A DNA stretch of 64,000 bases from an uncultured Chloroflexia bacterium (GTDB lineage: Bacteria > Chloroflexota > Chloroflexia > Thermomicrobiales > UBA6265). Position numbers and translations under genes: made by a program. The notes beneath the pieces were generated by a model. The model worked only from the letters and a program-made list of their open reading frames with translations. It was not told the origin of the DNA and made no database searches. The stretch lies in assembly GCA_963724295.1 (NCBI GenBank), contig CAVRUC010000007.1:320001-384000 (forward strand), in the 5' to 3' direction. Of this stretch, positions 1-10,766 are shown in pieces (position 1 is the stretch's first letter; each line of letters begins with the position of its first letter).

Positions 1-81
1 GCAGGCGACCAGGACCGGTCGAGGAACGAAAATTCAGCCCCGAGAAACGAATCCACATCTCGCAAGGTGCGCGGCGCGTGA
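1..81 (+). CDS. 3' end of an upstream CDS (partial, product unknown)
   Basis: Frame 1 is open from base 1 to TGA at 79-81, overlapping the cmk GTG start (GTGA coupling). Confidence 0.4.
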   Translation, partial: AGDQDRSRNENSAPRNESTSRKVRGA

Positions 82-824
82 GGAACGCGGCGGAGCTCAC
101 CCCGGCCGCAACAGGCCACCAGCGAGTGATAGCGATCGATGGTCCGGCTGCCGCCGGCAAATCGACCGTCGCTCGCCTGCTGGCGGACCGTCTGGGGGCG
201 CTGCTCTTCGACACTGGGGCTCTGTATCGAGCAGTTGCTCTTGCCGCGTTGCGAACCGGCATTTCACCCGACGACGTGAAATCACTCGCTGGCATCGCTT
301 CCAATGCCAAGATTTCGGTTCGCTCGCCTTCACTTCGTGATGGCCGTCTCTACGATGTCTGGCTGAACGGCGAGGACGTCACCTGGGCAGTGCGTGAGCC
401 GGAGGTCGGGGCGACAGTCTCGCGGGTCGCCGCGCATCCGGCGGTGCGTAACGCGTTGCTGCCGCTACAGCGGACCATTGCCTCCAGCGGCCCGGTCGTG
501 ATGGTCGGTCGCGATATTGGCACCGTGGTCGTTCCAGACGCGGGTCTGAAAATCTACCTGGACGCGACTCCTGAGGAGCGGGCCCGTCGCCGGTATCGCG
601 AGGCCGCCGCACGAGGTAGCACGCAGAGTTTCGAGGCGGTGCTCGCCGAGACGCGGCAGCGAGATGCGATCGACACTGGTCGCGACACAGCGCCACTACG
701 ACCCGCTCTGGATGCTGTCCTGATCAAGACGGACGGCATTCCCATCGAACAGATCGTTGCCGAAATCGAAGCGCTGGCGCGCTCAGAAGCGGACGCGATG
801 GGCGACCCTCTCTGGCCGTCGTGA
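78..824 (+). CDS. cmk: cytidylate kinase
   Basis: IAIDGPAAAGKST P-loop, DTGALYRA, GRDIGTVVVPDA motifs. Confidence 0.95.
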   Translation: MRNAAELTPAATGHQRVIAIDGPAAAGKSTVARLLADRLGALLFDTGALYRAVALAALRTGISPDDVKSLAGIASNAKISVRSPSLRDGRLYDVWLNGEDVTWAVREPEVGATVSRVAAHPAVRNALLPLQRTIASSGPVVMVGRDIGTVVVPDAGLKIYLDATPEERARRRYREAAARGSTQSFEAVLAETRQRDAIDTGRDTAPLRPALDAVLIKTDGIPIEQIVAEIEALARSEADAMGDPLWPS

Positions 825-1552
825 GCACAACGATCTCCGAGGGCGCCACAACCAATCTTCTGACCGGAACGTTACACGGCCGGCCGCGGACGATTCTGCG
901 GTCAATCGTCCTCGCCGCGTTGGGCCCCCTACTATCGCTGCGCCTCCTCGGCGTCGAGAATGTGCCGCCAGATGGCCCGCTGCTGGTCGCCTCGAATCAC
1001 CTGTCGAATGCCGACCCGATCATTCTCGAGGCGGCGTTTCCGCGTCCGCTCTTTTTCGTCGGCAAGTCCGAGCTTTTTGGCAACCCGTTCTTTCGCTGGG
1101 TCTTGCACCGATTCGGCGGAATCCCCGTCGAACGCGGCACACCTGACCGCGCCGCGATTCGCCGCGCCCGCGCCGTTCTCGAACAGGGCATTGCGCTGGG
1201 CATCTATCCCGAGGGCGTCCGATCGAAGAGTGTCGCTCTTGTGAAAGGGCTACCCGGCGCGGGTCTGATCGCGCTGCAGTCGAACGCACCCGTGCTTCCG
1301 GTAGCGATCTGGGGAACCGAGTTCTTTCCGGTCAACGGAGACATACCGCCGCGCCGCCCGAAGCACCTCCCCCGGGGCGTCACGGTGCGGTTCGGAACCC
1401 CGTTCCGCATTCCCGAACGCGTCGACGGCAAGCGGGTCACGGCGGACGAGGCCACTCGCGTGATCATGTTGCGAATCGCCGAATTACTCCCCGAGCGGTA
1501 CCACGGGGTCTATGCCCGGGATGGGATCGAGGAGACCACGATTTCGCGCTAG
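821..1552 (+). CDS. plsC: 1-acyl-sn-glycerol-3-phosphate (lysophospholipid) acyltransferase
   Basis: NHLSNAD (HX4D) and YPEG motifs; GTGA overlap with cmk. Confidence 0.88.
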   Translation: MSTTISEGATTNLLTGTLHGRPRTILRSIVLAALGPLLSLRLLGVENVPPDGPLLVASNHLSNADPIILEAAFPRPLFFVGKSELFGNPFFRWVLHRFGGIPVERGTPDRAAIRRARAVLEQGIALGIYPEGVRSKSVALVKGLPGAGLIALQSNAPVLPVAIWGTEFFPVNGDIPPRRPKHLPRGVTVRFGTPFRIPERVDGKRVTADEATRVIMLRIAELLPERYHGVYARDGIEETTISR

Positions 1553-1589
1553 GTAGTGGCGAGTCCGAGCCAGTGGCCGCCGGGTGACG

Positions 1590-2927
1590 TTACTTCTTTC
1601 CGCGTTTGGCCTCGAGCGGTTGCAGCTCCTCTTGATCGCCCCACACCAGCTCGAGGTCCGCGATATGAACGACATCACCAGATTCGACGCCCAACCGTCC
1701 CAGCTCTTCCGAAATACCGCTCGATTCCAGGAGCCGCTGGAAACGTTCGACCGCTTCGTCACGGGAAAAATCGGTCATCCGGGTGAACCGCTCGATACCG
1801 ATTCCGGTCACCGCGAAATGATGGCGCGACAATCGATCCACGCTCCATGCCCGCTCGTCGACATTCTCGAGCGTGTATCGGCGCCGCACCTGCGGTTTTT
1901 CGATCTCCGCCTCATTCTGCCGCACCTCGCGGAGGATGGCCGCTACGGCTTGCAGCAATTCCGGAACGCCCTCGCCGGTGACCGCTGAGATCGCGAAGAC
2001 GGCGTAACCGCGGTTTTGCAGCTCCGTCGTGAGCGATTCAAGATTCTGCTGCGCCTCAGAGATATCCGCCTTGTTCAGCGCGACGAGCATCGGTTTAGCC
2101 AGCAGATCTTCCTCGTACGCATGCAGCTCGGCATTCACCGTCTCGAAGTCCTGCAGCGGATCCCGTCCTTCCAGCCCGCCGGAGGCGTCAAGCACGTGGA
2201 CGAGAACCTTGGTGCGCCGCACGTGGCGGAGGAATTCCAGTCCGAGTCCAACCCCCTGGGCCGCGCCGCCGATCAGCCCCGGAATGTCCGCCATCACGAA
2301 GATCTGCCCGTCAGCGCCACCGACCTGGACGACGCCCAGGATCGGTTCGAGGGTGGTAAATGGGTAATCAGCAATCTTGGGTCTGGCTGCAGACGACGCG
2401 GCCAGCAGCGTGGACTTGCCGGCGTTTGGTAGTCCGACCAACCCGACGTCGGCGATCATCCGCAGTTCGAGTCTGAGCCAGCGCTCTTCTCCCGGCTCAC
2501 CAAGTTCGGCCAGTCGCGGCGCCTGTCGCGTCGAAGTCTTGAAGTGGACGTTTCCCAGCCCACCGCGCCCACCGCGCACGATGGGCGTTCGCTCATCCTC
2601 CTCCGTGAGATCCGCCAGAATCTCTCCAGATTCGTCGTCCCAAACCACGGTACCGACCGGCACGTCGACGTAGAGGTCCTTTCCGTTCTTCCCGTGTCGT
2701 TGCTGACTGCGGCCGGGACCGCCATTCTCAGCCTTGAATCTCGACGTGAACTGGAATGGCAGGAGGCTCGTCAGATTGGGTCTGGCACGGAGATAGACCG
2801 TCCCGCCGCGGCCCCCGTCGCCACCATCCGGGCCGCCTCGCGGCACATACTTTTCGCGGCGAAACGACGCAGAGCCGTTGCCGCCGTCGCCGGCCTTGAC
2901 CCAAATCCTGGCGCGATCGATGAGCAC
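1590..2927 (-). CDS. obgE: GTPase ObgE/CgtA with C-terminal DUF1967-type extension
   Basis: FRREKYVPRGGPDGGDGG, GLPNAGKST, DYPFTTL, DIPG, NKAD. Confidence 0.97.
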   Translation of the reverse strand: MLIDRARIWVKAGDGGNGSASFRREKYVPRGGPDGGDGGRGGTVYLRARPNLTSLLPFQFTSRFKAENGGPGRSQQRHGKNGKDLYVDVPVGTVVWDDESGEILADLTEEDERTPIVRGGRGGLGNVHFKTSTRQAPRLAELGEPGEERWLRLELRMIADVGLVGLPNAGKSTLLAASSAARPKIADYPFTTLEPILGVVQVGGADGQIFVMADIPGLIGGAAQGVGLGLEFLRHVRRTKVLVHVLDASGGLEGRDPLQDFETVNAELHAYEEDLLAKPMLVALNKADISEAQQNLESLTTELQNRGYAVFAISAVTGEGVPELLQAVAAILREVRQNEAEIEKPQVRRRYTLENVDERAWSVDRLSRHHFAVTGIGIERFTRMTDFSRDEAVERFQRLLESSGISEELGRLGVESGDVVHIADLELVWGDQEELQPLEAKRGKK

Positions 2928-3045
2928 TGGTTCCTACCAATCGTCCCTACGGAGCATTGTCGGCTGCTTCGTGGAAAGCAAGACGGCTGCTATCGCGGAT
3001 TGACCCTCGCGTGCGGCCGAAAGCATTGTGGCTGCGGATCGTAAC

Positions 3046-4773
3046 CTAGTCGAGATAGTCCTTGAGCTTCTTCGAGCGACTGGGGTGGCGCAGTTTTCTC
3101 AGGGCCTTGGCTTCGATTTGCCGGATCCGTTCCCGCGTTACGCCGAAGGCCTTTCCGACTTCTTCCAGCGTCCTCGTGCGGCCGTCGTCGAGCCCGAACC
3201 GCATGGCGAGCACCTGCCGCTCGCGGTCGGAGAGGGTGCCAAGCACGTCATCCATCTGCTCTTTGAGCATTTTTCGGGACGCTGCGTCCGCCGGCGCCAG
3301 GATCTTATTGTCCTCGATGAAGTCCCCGAGATTGCTGTCTTCCTCTTCGCCAATCGGCATTTCGAGAGAGACGGGTTCCTGGGAGATCTTGATGATCTCG
3401 CGTACCCGATCGGCGTCCAGCTCCATCTCGAGGCCGATCTCTTCCGACGTCGGTTCCCGGCCAAGCTCCTGCTGCAGCCGGCGCGAGGTACGGATCAGCC
3501 GGTTGATCGTCTCCACCATGTGCACCGGAATGCGGATCGTGCGGGCTTGGTCCGCGATGGCGCGGGTGATAGCCTGCCGGATCCACCACGTCGCATAGGT
3601 GCTGAATTTGAACCCCTTGTGGTGCTGGAACTTTTCAACCGCGCGGATGAGACCGAGGTTGCCTTCCTGGATCAGATCGAGCATCGACATCCCGCGGCCG
3701 ACGTATTTCTTGGCCACGGACACAACGAGGCGGAGATTCGCTTCTGTCAGGGCGACCTTCGCCGCCTCCCCCTCTTCGATCGACCGCTCCCAGCGGCGCT
3801 CGAGGTTGGGTACGTCGGCTTGCAGAAGCTCGAGAACGTACTCCTCATCCGGCCATGGTTGAGCGACCGAATCTTGCAGCAGGTCGCGGATCTGGAGCGG
3901 CAGCAGCTGCCATTCGACGTTCCGGCAGCGCAGTGACTCCTCGAGTTGCTCCGGGGTGATATTCAGCCGCTCGGAAACGGCCGCGATCGCGCCTTCGGGG
4001 AATTGCGTGATAGGGAGCGCGGAATGGAGGCAGCGCTGGCGATCAGTGATGTTCATCGCGCCGACGGCACGCAACAGCTCCTCCGCGTGCGGCCAGCCTT
4101 CCCGGAACGATCGATAAATCTCGAGCGCGATGACCTCGGCTCGGGGCGGGCTCCCCGATGCAATGCGCAATCGCGAGTTGAGGCCACGCAGATACTCACC
4201 GCGCTCCATCGCCATGGCCAGCTCGACTTCACGTTCTCCGGTCAGGAGCGAGACGCGACCGATCTCGCGCAGGTACATCCGGACCGGGTCGTCGAGATTG
4301 GCACTGCCGGGATCCTGAGTCTGGGTCGCGCCGCGTGCTTCCACCACAGCGCGGCGCTGGTGGTCATCATGAGCGAGCTGGTCCGCCGCAGTCGAGCCAT
4401 CCAGACCGAGACCGTCATAATTGAGCGACGGGTCCGCAACTTGACGCAGGAGATCCCCCGGTGGCTCGGGAAACTCTTCCAGGAGCTCGTCGAGGGCGAA
4501 GACGTCTCCGGTTGTGGGGACTGGAACGGAAATGCCTATTTCGGATGCGGAGAGTTCGCTTCCCGAGTCGCCCAGGCTGCCATTGAGACCGGCAGCCGTG
4601 GCCTCCGCGGTTTCTTCAGGACCGTCATCCACCGTCATGGTCGATTGATCGCCGGTCAGCTGGCGGAAGGAATCATGCGCTTCGTCAGCGGGATCTTCGG
4701 CCAACAACTCGACCCGGCCCTTTCGCCGCGGATCGGGCGCTGCCGGGTCACTCTGAGCGGCGGAGATCGGCAT
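3046..4773 (-). CDS. rpoD: primary RNA polymerase sigma factor RpoD/SigA
   Basis: [12 protein letters not shown] (region 1.2), [61 protein letters not shown]; start approximate. Confidence 0.96.
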   Translation of the reverse strand: MPISAAQSDPAAPDPRRKGRVELLAEDPADEAHDSFRQLTGDQSTMTVDDGPEETAEATAAGLNGSLGDSGSELSASEIGISVPVPTTGDVFALDELLEEFPEPPGDLLRQVADPSLNYDGLGLDGSTAADQLAHDDHQRRAVVEARGATQTQDPGSANLDDPVRMYLREIGRVSLLTGEREVELAMAMERGEYLRGLNSRLRIASGSPPRAEVIALEIYRSFREGWPHAEELLRAVGAMNITDRQRCLHSALPITQFPEGAIAAVSERLNITPEQLEESLRCRNVEWQLLPLQIRDLLQDSVAQPWPDEEYVLELLQADVPNLERRWERSIEEGEAAKVALTEANLRLVVSVAKKYVGRGMSMLDLIQEGNLGLIRAVEKFQHHKGFKFSTYATWWIRQAITRAIADQARTIRIPVHMVETINRLIRTSRRLQQELGREPTSEEIGLEMELDADRVREIIKISQEPVSLEMPIGEEEDSNLGDFIEDNKILAPADAASRKMLKEQMDDVLGTLSDRERQVLAMRFGLDDGRTRTLEEVGKAFGVTRERIRQIEAKALRKLRHPSRSKKLKDYLD

Positions 4774-4970
4774 CGATCAGACCTGCCTCACGCGAGAAAT
4801 CCGCCGGTTGCCTATCTGGTCGCAACAACATGGATAGGTCCACACGCTCTTCCCGGCCTACAGACGATGGGATTGCGCCCAGATGGTGCGGCGCCTGAAC
4901 TGTGAGGCCGGCGATTGGAGTCCGCGCGCTCCCTCGGGCACTACGGAGTCACTTCCGGGGCGAACGAACG

Positions 4971-6332
4971 CTACAACGAACCTTTCTGTGCTGACAAGCG
5001 AGGCTCTTCAGTCTGAGCGCTCTCGGGAGTGTCGAAAATGTCGCTCCTGAGTAAATCGGCGTAGGTTTCGCGCCGTCGAATCAATTGCGCCCGCCCGTCG
5101 GCGACGAGCACCACCGCCGGCCGGGGCGACAGATTGTAATTGCTTGCCATGGCCAGACAGTAGGCGCCGGTCATCGGCACGGCCAGCAGGTCACCCTCCT
5201 CCAGCCGCGGCAACAGCGCGTCGTCGATGAGTACGTCCCCCGACTCGCAATACTTTCCCGCGATCGTCACGGTTTGCAATGGCTGTCCTTCCGGGTCGCG
5301 GTTGGCAAGGGTCGCCGCATAGCGTGCGCCGTAAAGCGCGGGACGAATATTGTCTGCCATCCCGCCGTCGACCGAAACGTAGGTGCGGACCCCCGGAACC
5401 GTTTTCCGGGAGCCGACCGAGTAGAGGGCCAGCCCGGCAGGACCAATAATGGCGCGCCCCGGTTCCACAATGAGGACCGGCAACGGAAAACCGTGCGTGA
5501 GACAGCCGCGCTCGATGGCGTTGGCCGCTGCCTCCGCCCACGCACCGATGTCCACGTCGGCGCCGGACGCGTCGTCGGCGACGCCGAAGCCACCCCCCGG
5601 TATCAGAACGGCAGGAATTACGCCGAATCGCTTGTGCACCCGAGCGGCAAACTCCAGCATCACGTCGATCGTTTGCATCACCAGCGTGGGATCGAAGATC
5701 TGAGATCCGACGTGCGCGTGGTAGCCGATGAGCTCGAGCTGAGTCGAGCGGCAGATGCGAGCTGCCGCTTCCTCGGCTTGACCATCCCAAACGGGGAGAC
5801 CGAATTTCGAGTCAGTGGCGCCGGTCCGCATCTTGTGATGGGTGTGCACGTCGACGCCGGGATTGAGGCGCAACACGACCTTCACTATCTGGCCAGAGTC
5901 TCTAGCCACGCACTCGAGCAGCGTGATCTCCAGATCGTTGTCGATGGCAACGAGACCCACGCCGGCGGCCACAGCTTCTCCCAGTTCCGCGCGGCTCTTG
6001 TTGTTGCCATGAAAAATCATCTCCGCTGGATCAACCCCGGCTCGTAACCCGGCGTAGATTTCGCCGCCCGAGACCACGTCAAGGCCGATCCGCTCCTCGA
6101 CCAGAATTCGCATCAACGCTGGCGACAGGTACGCCTTCCCGGCGTAGACCAGCCGGGATCGCTCATAGGCGTGAAGAAACTCGTCCCGGATATCCCGAGC
6201 CCGTGATCTGAGCGTCGCCTCGTCAAATACGTAAAGCGGTGTACCGAACTCTCGAGCGAGGTCCACCGCGGAGACGCCTCCGAACTGGAGGGCGCCGTCC
6301 GCGGCACGACGAGTGGTTTTAGGCCAGGACAT
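4971..6332 (-). CDS. lysA: diaminopimelate decarboxylase
   Basis: FGTPLYVFD, YAGKA (PLP lysine), HVGSQ, EPGR, GKYCESGD, GAY..MASNYN; ATG at 6332 after GAGG. Confidence 0.95.
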   Translation of the reverse strand: MSWPKTTRRAADGALQFGGVSAVDLAREFGTPLYVFDEATLRSRARDIRDEFLHAYERSRLVYAGKAYLSPALMRILVEERIGLDVVSGGEIYAGLRAGVDPAEMIFHGNNKSRAELGEAVAAGVGLVAIDNDLEITLLECVARDSGQIVKVVLRLNPGVDVHTHHKMRTGATDSKFGLPVWDGQAEEAAARICRSTQLELIGYHAHVGSQIFDPTLVMQTIDVMLEFAARVHKRFGVIPAVLIPGGGFGVADDASGADVDIGAWAEAAANAIERGCLTHGFPLPVLIVEPGRAIIGPAGLALYSVGSRKTVPGVRTYVSVDGGMADNIRPALYGARYAATLANRDPEGQPLQTVTIAGKYCESGDVLIDDALLPRLEEGDLLAVPMTGAYCLAMASNYNLSPRPAVVLVADGRAQLIRRRETYADLLRSDIFDTPESAQTEEPRLSAQKGSL

Positions 6333-6532
6333 CCAGGTCACCTCAAAAGTCAACTTTGCCAGGCGCGGCACCTGCACCCTGGTTAGGGTAGCGCGTCACC
6401 GGCTAGCGGCATCGAGCGAGTGCCGGAGGCTCATCCGAGACGACAGGACGGCTATACTCGGGCGCAAATCGCGTTTTGCCAATGCCGGGTCGGCTGCCGG
6501 CCTACCCTGCCGAGAGTGCTCGTACTCAGACC

Positions 6533-8482
6533 ATGCCGCCATCGACAGTCCTGACAGTCAACGAACTCGCCAAGGCGTTTGGCCCCGACGAGATCTTCCA
6601 GAATGTCTCGTTCCAGGTCGCTGACCGGGAGCACGTGGCGCTGGTTGGGGTCAACGGCGCCGGTAAATCGACGCTGCTGCGGATCATCGCCGGTCTGGAC
6701 ACCGCCTCGCAGGGTGAGATCGCGATTGCGCACGGCGCGCGCGTCGCGGTCCTGGCGCAGGAGCCTCGTTTCGACAGCGATCGCACGGTCAGACAAGAGG
6801 CGCAACTCGCTTTTGACGATGCCCTGTCGGCCCTGGCGCGAATGCGAGCGCTCGAAGCCGCGATGCAGTCCGCGAGCGGGGACGGCCTGGACGAACTCTT
6901 TCAGGAGTATGAACGACTCAGTCTTCACTTCGAGGTCGCGGGTGGCTTCGATGTCGAGCACCGCACAGATGAAGTCCTCATGGGGCTCGGCTTCAGCAGT
7001 GAGCAAATGGATGAGCCGGTGCGGACCCTGAGCGGGGGGCAGAAGACGCGTATCGCGCTCGCCAAGGCCCTGCTCGCGGACCCCGATCTCCTGCTCCTGG
7101 ACGAGCCAACGAATCATCTCGACCTCGGCATGCTCGACTGGCTGGAGGGATTTCTTGGCTCGTGGCGCGGCGCATTCCTGGTCGTTTCACACGACCGCTA
7201 TTTCCTGGATCGCGTCACCAACCGCACACTCGATTTGTCATTTGGCCGGCTGGAGGACTACCCCGCGCCGTACGGGCGCTATCTGGTTCTTCGCGCCGAA
7301 CGCCGGGCACGGCAGCTCCAGGAGTACGAGGATCAACGTGAGTTGATCGCCCGCACCGAGGAATACATCCGCCGCTACAAGGCCGGGCAACGATCCCGGG
7401 AGGCACGCGGTCGCCAGACGCGACTCGATCGGCTCGAGCGCCTTGACCGGCCGCAAGAGCACGCCGCCCTTACGCTTCGCGTTCAGCCGACCGTGCGCAG
7501 CGGCCGCGAAGTGGTAACGGCTACACCGCTGCGGGTCGGTTACTCAGGTTCCGGCGGCGAGCGCGAACTCCTGAGCAGTCCAGAACTGAGAGTCGAGCGA
7601 GGCGATCGCGTCGCCATCATCGGTCAGAATGGCAGCGGCAAGTCGACACTGTTGAGAACGATCGTCGGCGAGCTCCGTCCGCTTTCCGGCCGGGTGAGCT
7701 TCGGCACGAACGTCAAGGTCGGTTATTACGCCCAGGGTCATGAGGGCCTGCCGGTTGACGGATCTCCGCTCTCGATCCTGCTCTCCACCCAACCGATGGG
7801 CGAGGAAGCCGCGCGCACGTACCTGGCGCGATTCCTGTTCCGGGGAGACGAAGTGCATCGCCCGGTCTCCGCACTCTCGGGAGGGGAGCGCTCGCGGCTG
7901 GCATTGGCATGCCTCCTCGTGGAGGGCGCAAACCTGCTGATCTTGGACGAGCCAACCAACCACCTCGATATCCAGTCGCGTGAAACGCTCGAGGAAATGT
8001 TGACCGCCTATGACGGGACCGTCGTCTTCGTTTCGCACGACAGATTCTTCATCGACCGGGTCGCGACCCGGGTGTGGGACATCGCCAATGGCAGACTCGC
8101 CCAGTACCTCGGGAACTTCAGCGACGCGGCCCGGCAGAAGTCCAAACTGAGTGCGCCAGAACCACCGGCGCCGCGCGCAGCCCCTGCTCCAGTCGCGGAG
8201 ATTCCCCCGGAGCGGCCTGTGCGGCGATCCGGACAGCCGAGTGAATCCCGGCTTCAGAAGCAACTGGCGTCGGCGGAACGGGATATAAGCAGGCTGGAAG
8301 GGCGGCTCAACGATCTGAGCGACGCTATCGCCATCGCTGGAGTCGACGGTCAGCGAGAGCGGCTGGAACGCCTCGGCGTCGAGTACGCCGAAGCCGAACA
8401 GCAACTCGATGGCGTCTACCAACTCTGGGAAGATCTGAATGGCGAGCTCGAATCGCTCGCCATCGCCACGGCTGCCGGATGA
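6533..8482 (+). CDS. ABC-F family ATP-binding protein with C-terminal coiled coil
   Basis: Two ABC cassettes (GVNGAGKST/LSGGQ/LDEPTNHLD and GQNGSGKST/LSGGE/LDEPTNHLD), no transmembrane segments. Confidence 0.93.
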   Translation: MPPSTVLTVNELAKAFGPDEIFQNVSFQVADREHVALVGVNGAGKSTLLRIIAGLDTASQGEIAIAHGARVAVLAQEPRFDSDRTVRQEAQLAFDDALSALARMRALEAAMQSASGDGLDELFQEYERLSLHFEVAGGFDVEHRTDEVLMGLGFSSEQMDEPVRTLSGGQKTRIALAKALLADPDLLLLDEPTNHLDLGMLDWLEGFLGSWRGAFLVVSHDRYFLDRVTNRTLDLSFGRLEDYPAPYGRYLVLRAERRARQLQEYEDQRELIARTEEYIRRYKAGQRSREARGRQTRLDRLERLDRPQEHAALTLRVQPTVRSGREVVTATPLRVGYSGSGGERELLSSPELRVERGDRVAIIGQNGSGKSTLLRTIVGELRPLSGRVSFGTNVKVGYYAQGHEGLPVDGSPLSILLSTQPMGEEAARTYLARFLFRGDEVHRPVSALSGGERSRLALACLLVEGANLLILDEPTNHLDIQSRETLEEMLTAYDGTVVFVSHDRFFIDRVATRVWDIANGRLAQYLGNFSDAARQKSKLSAPEPPAPRAAPAPVAEIPPERPVRRSGQPSESRLQKQLASAERDISRLEGRLNDLSDAIAIAGVDGQRERLERLGVEYAEAEQQLDGVYQLWEDLNGELESLAIATAAG

Positions 8483-9171
8483 CGAGTCACGATGAGGCTG
8501 TGAGTCAACAACGGACCGGTGCCCGATCGGCGCCATTTGTCATCGGGCTCACCGGTCCCATCGCCTCCGGAAAATCGACGATTGCGGAGATGCTTCGCAA
8601 GCGCGGCGCCGAGGTCATCGACGCGGACGGTGTCTACCGCGGCCTGCTGGCTCCCGGGTCTGCGCTCTGGAAGCGAGTTGTGGATCGGTTTGGCCCGACG
8701 ATCGTCGGATCAGGCGGCGACATCGACCGCTCCGCGCTGGCGGATATCGTCTTCGCCGATCCCGAGGCGCTGGCCGATCTGGACCGCATAACCCACCCGG
8801 CGGTCATCGCCAAAATTCGTGACCGGATCGCCCGCACCAGTTCGCCGTTCGTTGTCGTCGAAGCAGTCAAACTGGTGCAGTCCGGTCTGACCTCGGACGT
8901 CGACGCGCTGTGGTTTATCACCGCTGACTCCGAGACGCGACTTCGTCGTCTGATCTCGCGATCCGGGATGGATGAAGCCAGCGCGCGGGCCCGCATCGCG
9001 GCTGCACCGAGCTCAGTCCCCGAAGGCGTCGAGGTCGATGCCATCGTCGACAATTCCGGCGATCTCGCGGCGACATCGGCCGCGGTTGAGGACGCGTGGC
9101 GGGCGGTACGTTTGGGTCCCACGCATGAGAAGCAGAAAGACTTGATGTCAGTGCAGAAGGAGCGTTCGTGA
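8479..9171 (+). CDS. coaE: dephospho-CoA kinase
   Basis: IGLTGPIASGKST, IDAD, IDRSALADIVF, ITHPAV. Confidence 0.93.
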   Translation: MTSHDEAVSQQRTGARSAPFVIGLTGPIASGKSTIAEMLRKRGAEVIDADGVYRGLLAPGSALWKRVVDRFGPTIVGSGGDIDRSALADIVFADPEALADLDRITHPAVIAKIRDRIARTSSPFVVVEAVKLVQSGLTSDVDALWFITADSETRLRRLISRSGMDEASARARIAAAPSSVPEGVEVDAIVDNSGDLAATSAAVEDAWRAVRLGPTHEKQKDLMSVQKERS

Positions 9172-9788
9172 GCGATCGCGTTGCGGTTGACGTGTACTTC
9201 GATTTCGCGTGCCCGTATGTCCATAGTGCCGCTTCCTGGCTGCGAGAGGTCAATCGCCTGCTCGGCGACAACTCCGTTGAGGTCTCGTGGAAGTTCTTCC
9301 CGCTAGAGGAAGTGAACGCACCGCCGGACGCCGACATGCCGATCTGGGACTTGCCGCCAGATCGCCGCAGCCGCGGCCGCGACAGCTTTCACGCGGCCGC
9401 GGCTGCGCGCCGCCAGGGCCGGGAGGCGTTTGACCGGTTTCACGCTGAGCTGTTGACGCTCAAACACGAAGAAGGGCAGGACCACGGCAAGCGGTCGACG
9501 CTGGATGAGGCCGCGACCCGGGCCGGACTCGATCTCGGGCGCTTCGCAACTGACCTTGACGATAGGGAGCTGCTTGCGGTGATCAAGAGCGATTACCTGG
9601 CAGGCAAAGAAGGCCTTGGCGTATTCGGCACGCCGACGTTTGTCTTCCCCAATGGCCAGTCTGCCTACCTGCGGATTCTGCCGCCGCCGCCACCTGACGA
9701 GGCAGTCGCGTTCTGGCTGGAATTTGTGAGAGACGTTCGCGACCGGCCGTATCTGCAGGAAATCAAACGTCCCCGGCGTCCCCAGTAG
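9168..9788 (+). CDS. DsbA/thioredoxin-fold protein (single-Cys CPY motif)
   Basis: YFDFACPY near the N-terminus and GVFGTPTF cis-Pro loop. Confidence 0.8.
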   Translation: MSDRVAVDVYFDFACPYVHSAASWLREVNRLLGDNSVEVSWKFFPLEEVNAPPDADMPIWDLPPDRRSRGRDSFHAAAAARRQGREAFDRFHAELLTLKHEEGQDHGKRSTLDEAATRAGLDLGRFATDLDDRELLAVIKSDYLAGKEGLGVFGTPTFVFPNGQSAYLRILPPPPPDEAVAFWLEFVRDVRDRPYLQEIKRPRRPQ

Positions 9789-9796
9789 CAGCAGCG

Positions 9797-10766
9797 ATGC
9801 AGAGTCCTGATCAGCCGCAGCAGGACCGGCTCGGCCGCATCCGGGATGGACTGCTGGGGTGGTTCAAAGAGAACGCCAGAGAGCTCCCCTGGCGGCGAAC
9901 CCGTGACCCTTACGCGATCCTCGTCTCCGAGGTCATGCTCCAGCAGACTCAGGTGGATCGCGTACTTCCCTACTACAGACGATTCCTGGAGCGATTTCCG
10001 ACCGTCGAAGCCCTCGCCGCCGCGCCGACAGCGGATGTGATTCGGATCTGGTCGGGCCTTGGCTACAACCGGCGCGCGGTGAATCTGCAGCGCGCGGCTC
10101 GCACAGTTGTCGACGAGCTCGGCGGCTCATTCCCGGATGATCCGGCCGACCTCAGAAAGCTTCCCGGCATAGGAGCCTATACGGCGGGAGCAATCGCAGC
10201 CTTTGCCCACGAGCGGGACGTGGTGTTTCTCGATACGAACATGCGCCGGGTGATTTCCCGGGTGATCTTCGGCAGCGAGTCAGCGCAGCGAATCGGAGGC
10301 CATCGAGGCCGCCAATGCGCTGCTTCCGCCAGGGCACGGCTGGACCTGGAACCAGGCGCTAATCGAGTTCGGAGCGTTGCAGTGCACGGCTCGCCGCCCC
10401 GCCTGCATCATCTGCCCGCTGCGCGACGAGTGCGCGGCCTACCCCACGATGCAGGTCGCTCTCCAGCTCAAGTCCGCACGTTCGAATCAGGCGAAAACCG
10501 CGCCGTTCGAGAGCACTACGCGCTACTACAGGGGTCGCATCGTGGAAGCACTGCGCGCGTTGCCTGAAGATGAGCCCGAGGGCATTCCCCTTCCCGAGCT
10601 TGGTCTCAGGGTGCGAGAGGGCTTTACCTCAGAGAACATGCCCTGGCTACGCGAGCTGGTTGACGGTCTGCAACGTGACGGGTTGGCGCTCGTCGCAGAG
10701 GATTCGCCCTCATACGATGCGGACCGGGAATCGGCGGCAACCGGCCCCAGAGTCAGATTGCCATGA
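9797..10766 (+). CDS. mutY: A/G-specific adenine glycosylase, split by a +1 frameshift near 10286
   Basis: LPWRRTRDPYAILVSEVMLQQTQV, WSGLGY, LPGIGAYTA. After the shift the frame reads WNQALIEFGALQCTARRPACIICPL (4Fe-4S motif). Confidence 0.9.

Noticed and set aside
3028..4905. Long antisense ORFs opposite rpoD (similar ones lie opposite lysA, ABC-F, glyQS, nrdJ, cysK and dnaA)
   Set aside because: Shadow ORFs expected in high-GC coding DNA; they carry no recognisable motifs.
10280..10292. Programmed ribosomal frameshifting at the split genes
   Set aside because: No shared slippery heptamer or stimulatory structure is visible; sequencing error is simpler.
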